Virus record (IMG/VR): IMGVR_UViG_3300045988_127492
Coordinates: 32,001 to 96,000 of that record
DNA from: a virus
DNA length: 64,000 nt
Direction: 5' to 3' (one strand)
Shown here: piece by piece, positions 1 to 8,917 of the stretch
Layout: each line of letters starts with the position of its first letter
Position numbering within the stretch: position 1 is the first letter of the stretch
Program-made: the position numbers and the translations under genes
The notes under the pieces: generated by a model
The model's database searches: none
The model's input: only the letters and a program-made list of their open reading frames with translations
What the model was told of the DNA's origin: nothing

Positions 1-2
1 AT

Positions 3-410
3 ACATGGAGTAGTACTTTGAAAAATAAAATTCTAAAAGCATATAAATCATATGGTTTTGCTACAGGTGGAATTATCAATAAACTTATTCCCGCTGATAT
101 GAATACCCTTTTAGGTAAGGCTATTATTAGCAATGGTGATCAAGGATTTATTGGAGCCAAAGTTGGCGAGACGGTAATGACCGAAGAGTTTACTCGTCTA
201 TTAAAACCGTCTATTACTGCAATGAATGGTTTTACCAGTATGTTTAGTCCATACACTCCACCTACTACCGCTAATGATTACACCATTAATAATGAAATAA
301 ATATCAATGTAGCAAATATGAATAGTGATTTAGATATTCGGGATGTTGCAAATAAAGTCTCTACAATTATTAATAAGAATATGACCAGAGACTGGAAAAA
401 ACTTAGATAA
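3..410 (+). CDS. Tail tape measure protein, C-terminal fragment (5' end lies outside the window)
   Basis: The reading frame is open from the window edge, with no stop upstream of the TTG at 18. It sits directly upstream of the Dit/Tal genes. Confidence 0.5.
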   Translation, partial: TWSSTLKNKILKAYKSYGFATGGIINKLIPADMNTLLGKAIISNGDQGFIGAKVGETVMTEEFTRLLKPSITAMNGFTSMFSPYTPPTTANDYTINNEININVANMNSDLDIRDVANKVSTIINKNMTRDWKKLR

Positions 411-414
411 TAAA

Positions 415-440
415 AGGACTGCTTCGGCAGTTCTTTTATT
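415..440 (+). terminator. Hairpin with UUCG loop followed by a T-run
   Basis: AGGACTGC-TTCG-GCAGTTCT (8 bp including one G-U pair), then TTTTATTAT. Confidence 0.45.
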
Positions 441-471
441 ATACAAAAATATAAATGAAAGAGGTGAATAA

Positions 472-1308
472 ATGTTACAATTTGAATTCGATGGACACAG
501 TTCTAATGAATACGGAATTATAGTGACTGCTATTACAGACAATGATAATCTTGAAAGCAGGACCTTACAATTAGGAGAAAAAAATAGATATAGAGTAAGA
601 GAGAATCATTTTGGTACGGTATATGAAGGTAATTATAGTTTTACTATTAGCATTATGAAGAATCCTTGCCTTAGCGTAAATATAGAACCTGAATCAACAA
701 ACAATTCTTATTACTTATCTTCCGATGATGTTCGCATTATTAATGGCTGGTTGACCTCTCCTCAAACACCAAGACTACTTAAAATAACTGGTGGAGATTA
801 CTTCTGTGAGAATATAGAATTTTTCGCCACATTTACAGAAGTGGGTACTGATCATGTAATATCTCCATTTGAAATGAATTTTACAGTGACATGCGATAGT
901 CCTTATGGGTATACTCCTGAGATTACACACACTATCACCTCTTCTTCTACTCTTACAAAAAATTATACAATCAATAATACTTCTGACTGTTATGAAGATT
1001 ATATTTATCCTCTCATCAAAATTTCCCCAAAAAGTCACGGATCCATAACACTTCAAAATACAACTGACAACAATGGCACAATGAAAATTAATGCTTTGAA
1101 AAATGATGAATTTTATATTGATTGCCAACATTTAAAAATATATGACATTACTAATTCACTTATAAGTTTTGAAGATTTAGGTGTAAATGATATAGATAAT
1201 ATATATTGGCTTAGATTAGCTCACGGTGAAAATGTTTTAAATTTCACTGGAGATGCATCATTTGAAATTGTTTACAGAGAGCCAAGAAAGGTAGGTGTAT
1301 TTGCTTGA
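472..1308 (+). CDS. Distal tail protein (Dit, siphovirus tail family)
   Basis: GAGGTG RBS. The N-terminus MLQFEFDGHSSNEYGIIV is typical of Sipho_tail/Dit proteins. Gene order is TMP-Dit-Tal. Confidence 0.65.
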   Translation: MLQFEFDGHSSNEYGIIVTAITDNDNLESRTLQLGEKNRYRVRENHFGTVYEGNYSFTISIMKNPCLSVNIEPESTNNSYYLSSDDVRIINGWLTSPQTPRLLKITGGDYFCENIEFFATFTEVGTDHVISPFEMNFTVTCDSPYGYTPEITHTITSSSTLTKNYTINNTSDCYEDYIYPLIKISPKSHGSITLQNTTDNNGTMKINALKNDEFYIDCQHLKIYDITNSLISFEDLGVNDIDNIYWLRLAHGENVLNFTGDASFEIVYREPRKVGVFA

Positions 1309-4300
1309 AAGTAAAGCATAAATATGATATTTATGGACGCACCGAACCTTCTATCATCTATTTAGCTAAACCTGGTAAAAGATTACATTGTGCTCTTAAT
1401 GGAGTTGATACCTCTACTGTTTCACTATCTTTAAAAACCAACAATACAGCGGAATTAACTTTTACTGTAGATAAATATGTAGACAATATTATCACTGATG
1501 GTTATGAAGAATTAGATGAATTAATGGAACTGTATTGCGATGGTATATGGTTTAAGATTGTAGATCCACCTACTATTAATAATGATGGATTACGCGAAAC
1601 TAAAGAAATCACAGCTGAGTCTTATGAAATTATGCTTACCCAATATAGATTAAAAAATTTTAAAATCAATATGGGTGAGAAAGATTCTTATGAGATGATA
1701 TATCAAGCTTCTCATGACGCTGACAAATTTTATCAGATTAAATTTTGCGATCCAGAAAATGAAGATTTAAGTTTTTTACATTTGGTGTTAAAACATGCAG
1801 ATGTTCCAGGCTGGCATATTGGATATGTAGATAATATCACACCAGATGATGATGGAAAATTGCTTCCTGATAATATATGCAATTTTGATGTAGATGATCA
1901 AAATGTATACGCTTTTTTAACTCAAGAGACAGCTCAAGCTTATAAATGTGTATTCGAGTTTGATACCGTAAACATGACTATAAACGTTTATAGACCTGAC
2001 AGTTTAGGTAAAGATACAAATGTAATCTTAGGATTCAGAAATATCCAGAACAGTATATCTATTTCCAGAGAAGAAAATCTAGTTACTCAGTTCTATGTTG
2101 AGGGGCTTGACAGTTATAATATTGATGCAGTTAACTTTGGTGATTCTGTAATTACAGACCTCTCCTATTTTGTGCGTGAGCCGTATATGAACGCTACGCT
2201 ACAAGAAAAATATAATGCATGGCAAGATTATAGAGAATCTCGCAGAGAAGAGTTTATGAATCTATCCAGAGAATATAACCAGAATCTGGAAGTTCTTACT
2301 GAACTGACAAATAGAGTTCCTGTTGATTCTGCTCAGACGAACTGGTTTGGAAAAACAGTTGAAGAATTAAAAGATGCATATGATTCTAATATGGCTATCA
2401 TCAAAGGTTTTGAATCTCTCTATGTTGACGATGAGAAAAACTTTGATTTAGATGCTTTAAAGAAATCATCTGATTGGCCTATGTATGAATCTATTATGAA
2501 CTACACTCTTCCTGCTATTGTTGCTGCATTACAAGCACAAGATGAGACCGTGGATGGATTTGGCAAGGGAAATATTATTTCTTGTGTTAACCCTGTAGTT
2601 CTTGGACAAGATTGGTATACTGTTGGTTCTGGTACTTCTACTTTTAAAGCTGTACAGGTTGATGATGCACCAGCATATGGCATTACTCGTGGTATAGAAA
2701 TAACAGGTACAGATGGTGGCATTTATCAGCATAATATCAACATCGAACCATCTCAGAGATATACTCTTAGTTGTTTTGTAAAAGGTTCTGGTACATTCTA
2801 TCTTGGTTATGGCAATACTGGCGAAGATAGAAAAAACATTTCTTATGACATTACTTCTTCTTGGACAAGAGTCTATACTTCTTTTAAACTCTCTTCTCAT
2901 CTTATTGATGTAGCATTTACTGGAAGTTCTGATTTCACCGTATGTGGTATGCAGCTCGAAATGGGTGATTCACCAAGTCAGTTTGGATATTTCACACAGT
3001 CTGAAAATATCATGAAAGCTTACGAGACAGATTGGAAGCTTTACGGTATTTCAGAACTAAAAGTAAAGATTTCTACATATGATGGTTGTATTAAAGAACT
3101 AAAAAAGAACGGATATGACAATGAATATAACTCTTTAGCTGGCTATGAAGAAGCGTATTTTACACAGATGCATCAGAAATATCTTGATTACCTCAATCTA
3201 AAAGAACAAGCTGAAGCCGCTCTAACGGAACGTCAGGCAGAATATGACGTTGCTGAAAAACCTGAAATTCAGGAAAAGCGAAATCAAATTGCTAAAGATG
3301 TGTTAATTGAAAATTACGGTAAAGTGCAAACTCAGTATCCGGCTTTTACAGATACAGAAATGTATATTATTAAAAGTCTATATAATCAATCTATTTATAC
3401 AAATGAAAACATTATTGTCACCACTCTTGACAGTACTGCTGATGCTGTAGATAAATCCAAAGTTCTTTATGATGATGCAATAGAAGAACTATACGTAGAA
3501 TCACATCCACAGTATACGTACACTGATGATATCGAAAATATATACACTCTTCCTGAGTTCAAAGAGTATCACGAACAGTTAAATGTGAATGATTTTGTAC
3601 GTGTAGGACTTTCTGACACTTCCTATGTTAAACTAAGAGTAATTGAAATTACTTATAATCCTTGTGACTTAGACGAATCAATGGAAATTACTTTTAGCAA
3701 TATGATTCAATATAAAGCTAAAAGAAATGATTATAATTCTCTTTTAAACGATGTGATCAATGCTTCTGATAGAACTGGCGGTCGTATTAACTCAGTCAAT
3801 AAATCTACTACTTCTGATTATGTAATCACTGCGGATGTTATCAAACAGATCTTTTCAAATCCTCTCTTCAACTCTATGCTCGGTGGGGCTACTACTGGAG
3901 GAGCCGGATCAAGCGGAACAGTTACTGCTGATGCAATTGTCGCAGAGCTTGTTAAGGCTAAGGAAGGTGTATTTGATAAACTTACTGTTGATACTGCTTT
4001 CATGACATATTTAGATGCAAACCTCATTTCAGCAGATACTATTACTACAAGGATTCTTAATGCAGAACAGGCCAACATTGAAAAATTATCAGCCACCTTG
4101 ATTGAAGCTAACCAAATTTCAGCTGATATGGCAAACATTAAAAATCTCATTGCAGGTAATGCAGGTGTTGGAGAATTACATACCATTCATCTTACTGCAG
4201 AAAATGTAGAGATTGATCAGGCTGTTATTACTGATCTTATCGCAAAGAAAATTGCTGTTGGAGATTTAATGGCACAAAATGCTCTTGCAAATCAGATTGT

Positions 4301-6854
4301 GCTTGTCTCTAAAAATAATAAACCTACTATTGCATTCCAAGAAAGTACACAGCAGTTCTATGATTCTGCTGGCAATATTCGTGTACAAATTGGTATGGAT
4401 GGCAATGGAAATTTCAACTTCATTGTTAAAAATGGTAATAAAGCCGCTCTCTTCGATGAGAATGGTATTACTCAGACTGGTATCCCAAACAATACAATTC
4501 TTGGAGATATGATTAACAATGCAACAATTACTAAGGATAAACTTGGATTCCAAGTAATAGAGCCTAATAAACAAGGTGGCATTGATATCACAAACATTTA
4601 CGATGGCAAAGGTAATCAATGGTGGGGAATCGAAAAGACTACTATTACAGATGATTACACGAAACAGATCAAAAATGTTACGGATACGCTTACTGGACAG
4701 ATTGAAACGAAGGTAAGCAATACTGATTATCTCAAAGATCAAGAAGCCATTCAAACTGAATTCTCAGACATCAAGCAAGATGTTTCTGGTATTACTTCTA
4801 CTGTAAGCAGTATGAGGACTGACCTTTCTGATGCTCAGGGAAAAATTACTGCAAACTCATCTTCTATCACCCAGAACGCTGACAAAATTTCATTTATGGT
4901 TACAGGCGACAAAGAGTCTGAATTCCAAGTTACAAATAAATTTATTCAGATGATTTCTGACACAATTGGTATTAAAGCAAATAACATCAACATCGACGGT
5001 ATTATTACTGCTATGAACAATAGTATTGATAGTAGTACTACAAGAATCAATGGTGGAATCATTGATACCAATACTGTAAATGCCATGCTTATTGCTGCTC
5101 AGTCATTGCAATCTAAGAATTATCAGGGACCATCTACGGCTGACGGAATTTATGCTCAAGCAGGACTTCAGATTAACATGGAAACTGGATCTATGAAAGC
5201 AAAGAATTTTGCTGTTGATGGTGAAGGTAATGCTTATTTTAAAGGTAACGGTGAATTTGAAGGTAAAATCATTGCTTCTTCTGGTCAGATTGCGGATTGT
5301 ACAATTGATAAAGGAAAATTTACGGTACCTTTTGCAAACATTACTGGTACTTTATCCTCAAATCAAATTGCAGCAAATTCTATTTCTGCTGACAAACTAA
5401 CAACAAATAATATCGTTGGGACAAATGGATGGATCAATCTTGCGACCGGGACGTTTGATTATGGAAATGGAAAGTTTGTATGGGATGGTACAACTGCAAG
5501 TATTGAAGGAAAAATCAAATCCACAATTGGATCAATTGGTTGTTGGACACTTGATGATGATTCAATTTACAGAACTAATAAAGAGTTTGCTGCTTCTGAC
5601 GGAATGTATTTTGGAGTTTCCGGATTATCAATCAGTGATAAGTTCAAAGTAACCTCAGATGGAGTTCTCGCGGCAACAGGAAGTAATATCAGCGGCGATA
5701 TTAATGCTACGAATATGACTGCAAAAGGTAGTTATTCTATCTATTATAATACAACTAATGGTATACCTACGGATTCAGATAAGATAATTACAGCAATTAA
5801 CTGGGAAGATTATAATGATAAGTCTGTTCTATTTGGGTTTGCAGATGATGATCATGTTGAAGTTACAGGAATGTCCGTGACGAAATCAAATAGATCTATT
5901 GTGTTTGGAGGAGAATCTATTCAGCTCAATGGGATAGTCTATGTGACAGGTACAAATGGTTCTATCCCGTACCAAAATATTACCTGGAATCCTCCAAGCT
6001 CCACAGTTTTCTCGTGTAATGGTTATGGACATCATCATACAATCCTTCCTACCGGAACAGGCACGAATGCAATAGGTATAAGTAATACAAGTGATGACCC
6101 TGATGTAAGTGCAGAATGGAGCATTGTTCCTTATATATTAAATACACCAATTGATGACACTGGACGGTACACTGGCGAAAACATCTCAATTTCAAAAGAC
6201 GCCTCAGCGGCTATGAATATCGGTTCAGCAAAATATAATTTCAAATGCGTATATACAAAATCATTGAATCTAAATGGAAAATCATACAGTATTATAGATA
6301 GTATATATAATGCACAAGGATATGGTATTCGTGCTAATTATAATAGTACTGCAAAAGAGCATCGAATTCTGCCATCTCATAATGATGAAAATGCCGACGG
6401 ACTCGTTACTCTTGGATCAAATGGTACGAGTTTTAAATCTATTTGGTGTAGTCAAAGTAGTATTAATTCTAAATCAGATCGGAATATGAAAGAGGACATA
6501 AAAGAATATAATGAGACTATTGAGCAAGCATATATGGAGTTCCAACCAGTTTCTTACAAATTCAAAAACTTCAGCAAAGCGACTAATCATGATCGCACTC
6601 ATTATGGTCTCATCGCCCAGGGTGTTGAAGAGACCTTACATAAGTACGGAATCACTAACGAAGAGGCAGGATTTTTATTAATTGACCAACTTGAAGAACC
6701 TAATGAGGCCGGGAATATGGTGAATTACGGATTAAGATATGGTGAATTTATTCCTTTGAACATGCATATGACCCAGAAAGCACATCGTAGAATTGATTCA
6801 CTTGAAAAAGAAATTCTTTCACTTAAGGATGAAATTAAAAAACTGCAGAAATAA
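1305..6854 (+). CDS. Tail-associated lysin-like / tail-tip fibre protein (Tal-type N-terminus, CBM-like insert, coiled-coil repeats, C-terminal S74 intramolecular chaperone)
   Basis: 1849-aa ORF whose TTG start overlaps the Dit stop (TTGA). The C-terminus SDRNMKEDI...THYGLIAQGVEE...LRYGEFIPL matches the peptidase S74 self-cleaving chaperone of tail spikes and fibres. Confidence 0.8.
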   Translation: MKVKHKYDIYGRTEPSIIYLAKPGKRLHCALNGVDTSTVSLSLKTNNTAELTFTVDKYVDNIITDGYEELDELMELYCDGIWFKIVDPPTINNDGLRETKEITAESYEIMLTQYRLKNFKINMGEKDSYEMIYQASHDADKFYQIKFCDPENEDLSFLHLVLKHADVPGWHIGYVDNITPDDDGKLLPDNICNFDVDDQNVYAFLTQETAQAYKCVFEFDTVNMTINVYRPDSLGKDTNVILGFRNIQNSISISREENLVTQFYVEGLDSYNIDAVNFGDSVITDLSYFVREPYMNATLQEKYNAWQDYRESRREEFMNLSREYNQNLEVLTELTNRVPVDSAQTNWFGKTVEELKDAYDSNMAIIKGFESLYVDDEKNFDLDALKKSSDWPMYESIMNYTLPAIVAALQAQDETVDGFGKGNIISCVNPVVLGQDWYTVGSGTSTFKAVQVDDAPAYGITRGIEITGTDGGIYQHNINIEPSQRYTLSCFVKGSGTFYLGYGNTGEDRKNISYDITSSWTRVYTSFKLSSHLIDVAFTGSSDFTVCGMQLEMGDSPSQFGYFTQSENIMKAYETDWKLYGISELKVKISTYDGCIKELKKNGYDNEYNSLAGYEEAYFTQMHQKYLDYLNLKEQAEAALTERQAEYDVAEKPEIQEKRNQIAKDVLIENYGKVQTQYPAFTDTEMYIIKSLYNQSIYTNENIIVTTLDSTADAVDKSKVLYDDAIEELYVESHPQYTYTDDIENIYTLPEFKEYHEQLNVNDFVRVGLSDTSYVKLRVIEITYNPCDLDESMEITFSNMIQYKAKRNDYNSLLNDVINASDRTGGRINSVNKSTTSDYVITADVIKQIFSNPLFNSMLGGATTGGAGSSGTVTADAIVAELVKAKEGVFDKLTVDTAFMTYLDANLISADTITTRILNAEQANIEKLSATLIEANQISADMANIKNLIAGNAGVGELHTIHLTAENVEIDQAVITDLIAKKIAVGDLMAQNALANQIVLVSKNNKPTIAFQESTQQFYDSAGNIRVQIGMDGNGNFNFIVKNGNKAALFDENGITQTGIPNNTILGDMINNATITKDKLGFQVIEPNKQGGIDITNIYDGKGNQWWGIEKTTITDDYTKQIKNVTDTLTGQIETKVSNTDYLKDQEAIQTEFSDIKQDVSGITSTVSSMRTDLSDAQGKITANSSSITQNADKISFMVTGDKESEFQVTNKFIQMISDTIGIKANNINIDGIITAMNNSIDSSTTRINGGIIDTNTVNAMLIAAQSLQSKNYQGPSTADGIYAQAGLQINMETGSMKAKNFAVDGEGNAYFKGNGEFEGKIIASSGQIADCTIDKGKFTVPFANITGTLSSNQIAANSISADKLTTNNIVGTNGWINLATGTFDYGNGKFVWDGTTASIEGKIKSTIGSIGCWTLDDDSIYRTNKEFAASDGMYFGVSGLSISDKFKVTSDGVLAATGSNISGDINATNMTAKGSYSIYYNTTNGIPTDSDKIITAINWEDYNDKSVLFGFADDDHVEVTGMSVTKSNRSIVFGGESIQLNGIVYVTGTNGSIPYQNITWNPPSSTVFSCNGYGHHHTILPTGTGTNAIGISNTSDDPDVSAEWSIVPYILNTPIDDTGRYTGENISISKDASAAMNIGSAKYNFKCVYTKSLNLNGKSYSIIDSIYNAQGYGIRANYNSTAKEHRILPSHNDENADGLVTLGSNGTSFKSIWCSQSSINSKSDRNMKEDIKEYNETIEQAYMEFQPVSYKFKNFSKATNHDRTHYGLIAQGVEETLHKYGITNEEAGFLLIDQLEEPNEAGNMVNYGLRYGEFIPLNMHMTQKAHRRIDSLEKEILSLKDEIKKLQK

Positions 6855-6856
6855 AG

Positions 6857-6887
6857 AAAGGTCATGAGCATTCATGGCCTTTTCTTA
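6857..6887 (+). terminator. Rho-independent terminator after the tail-tip gene
   Basis: AAAGGTCATGA-GCAT-TCATGGCCTTT stem followed by TTTTCTT. Confidence 0.6.
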
Positions 6888-6904
6888 TGCAAAGAAGGTG
6901 AACT

Positions 6905-7282
6905 ATGACAAATCAAGAATACGAAGATAAATTAAAAAAAATCAAAGAAAAAAATCAACAGATTGAGATGAAACAAAAGCTAAAGGATGCCAAGGTTAAA
7001 AGATTTAATTGGAAGAAACCAAATACAAGTAAACTTATTGTATTTGTAGTCTTTGCTATCAGTTTACAGATACTTTGGTTTAGCGAACACATGATAAGTC
7101 TTACTGGAGATACAAGTTATATGTATGCTCTTATTGGTATTCCAGCGGCGCTTATCCCAACAGTCATCTCATATTTTAATAAGGCTAAAATCGAGAACAT
7201 CTCAGACTCTGGCTACGTTTATGAGGCTCGAATGGCAGAACTTAATCAGCAAGACACTTCAGATGATGAAGCTGTCGGTTAG
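6905..7282 (+). CDS. Membrane protein (two predicted TM helices), function unknown
   Basis: GAAGGTG RBS. Hydrophobic segments LIVFVVFAISLQILWF and YALIGIPAALIPTVISYF. Confidence 0.5.
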   Translation: MTNQEYEDKLKKIKEKNQQIEMKQKLKDAKVKRFNWKKPNTSKLIVFVVFAISLQILWFSEHMISLTGDTSYMYALIGIPAALIPTVISYFNKAKIENISDSGYVYEARMAELNQQDTSDDEAVG

Positions 7283-7291
7283 GAGGAAATT

Positions 7292-7690
7292 ATGAATATT
7301 AAACAGGGTATTCAGGACGTATTATATTTAATCATTACTGGTATTCTCCCATTGCTTATTACTTATGGAGTCCTTTTCCTGAAAGTAAAAATCAAAGAGC
7401 AGGAAAAGAAACTGGAAAATGATCAGCTCGTGAAATATATTGATGCTGCTACTGATGCTATCAGTAAAGCTGTATTGACAGTCAATCAGACCTACGTAGA
7501 TTCTCTAAAGAAACAGGGCAAGTTTGACGCTGAAGCAGCAAAGATAGCAAAACAGATGGCAATTGATAAGGCTAAAGCCCTTATTACAGAGGACTCTAAA
7601 GCAGCTATTGAAACATTATACTCAGATTTCGAAGCATATCTTAATGATGCTATCGAAGAACTTGTCCGTGAGAATAAAATTTCAAAATAA
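7292..7690 (+). CDS. Membrane-anchored protein, possibly an LL-H-family holin
   Basis: AGGAGG RBS. One N-terminal TM helix (VLYLIITGILPLLITYGVLFL) followed by an Ala/Lys-rich helical tail, as in LL-H type holins. Called by eye only. Confidence 0.4.
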   Translation: MNIKQGIQDVLYLIITGILPLLITYGVLFLKVKIKEQEKKLENDQLVKYIDAATDAISKAVLTVNQTYVDSLKKQGKFDAEAAKIAKQMAIDKAKALITEDSKAAIETLYSDFEAYLNDAIEELVRENKISK

Positions 7691-7711
7691 CCTATAAGGA
7701 GTACAAGGATT

Positions 7712-8155
7712 ATGAAGAAAACTATTGTAAATGCAGACATTATGGCAATGTATAAAACATTAAATTCTATGAAGAGTCGTGCGGATTTAATCGCAGGAGA
7801 TGTTGATGTATTTTGGGCGAATACAATGAACCTGAAGACTCTTAAGACTCAGGTAGATAAAATCTCAGAGGTCGAGCAGGAGTTAGTTAATTCTTATTTT
7901 ACAGAAGAAAACTCACATCCTATTGTTGACGAAAACGGTAATGAAACAGGAAATCGTGCTCTGAATGATGACATAAAAGATAAAATCATCCCTGAAATCC
8001 AAGAAAGTCTGCAGAAAATTTATGATAAAACATGTGAACTTGATATTGAGATGATTCCAGAGGAATCTCTCAAGAAAATGCTCAAAGCAAATGAAGACAA
8101 ACTGTCTATGCTTGATATGACAGTCATGTATGAATTTGTAGAAAAAGATAAATAA
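7712..8155 (+). CDS. Hypothetical protein (tail/fibre module)
   Basis: AAGGAG RBS; tight spacing within the operon. Confidence 0.5.
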   Translation: MKKTIVNADIMAMYKTLNSMKSRADLIAGDVDVFWANTMNLKTLKTQVDKISEVEQELVNSYFTEENSHPIVDENGNETGNRALNDDIKDKIIPEIQESLQKIYDKTCELDIEMIPEESLKKMLKANEDKLSMLDMTVMYEFVEKDK

Positions 8156-8191
8156 CCCATTCTACACTGAAAACAATGAAAGGAGGAAGCT

Positions 8192-8902
8192 ATGTATACA
8201 TTAAAAATTACAGATGAAAATACTGTTATAACAACAGTAAAAGAATCTATTGTAGAAAGAAGTAATGCGGTAGATAAGATTCAGATCATAACCAATAAAA
8301 TGTATCGAGATCAGATTGATATGACTGATGCTACTGTATATATGAAATATACACTTCCTGTCACAAAGACAATCAAAATGACAAAGTTGATTGCGCACGA
8401 TACCAATTATGAGACAAATTATATTCAGTATATCATTCCTGCGGATGCTCGAATTACTGCTGAACCGGGAGACATCGAGGTTACTTTTACATTTTATAAA
8501 CTTGTAAAGAATTTAGACGAATCTACAACATCTTATGTGCGTAAAACACAGTCTGGTATTATCAGTATTACTCCTCTTGTTCCATTCGATAAATATATTC
8601 CTGATGAAATGCTAGATGGCTTAGACAAACAGATATTGTCCCTAATGGCAAGACAAAAAGATATTGAGGCGCTAAACGAAGCCATTTACAATGGTCTTGT
8701 AAAAGAGTTAGACATTCGATACGACGCTGAAAACGACAGGATTACATTGACTAATAGAGAAGGTGATACCGGTAAAGGTATTAAAATTGAAGACCTCTCT
8801 TCTATTGTTGCAGAAGGAATGTCAGGAAAAGATCCGGACGGCGAACAAGATGGCGTTGTTAATCTTGATAATGTAGTACAGTTAGATAATTTATTAAAAT
8901 AA
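8192..8902 (+). CDS. Hypothetical structural protein (fibre/baseplate accessory)
   Basis: AAAGGAGG RBS; lies immediately upstream of the tail-fibre gene. Confidence 0.5.
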   Translation: MYTLKITDENTVITTVKESIVERSNAVDKIQIITNKMYRDQIDMTDATVYMKYTLPVTKTIKMTKLIAHDTNYETNYIQYIIPADARITAEPGDIEVTFTFYKLVKNLDESTTSYVRKTQSGIISITPLVPFDKYIPDEMLDGLDKQILSLMARQKDIEALNEAIYNGLVKELDIRYDAENDRITLTNREGDTGKGIKIEDLSSIVAEGMSGKDPDGEQDGVVNLDNVVQLDNLLK

Positions 8903-8917
8903 AGGTAGGTGATTTGT

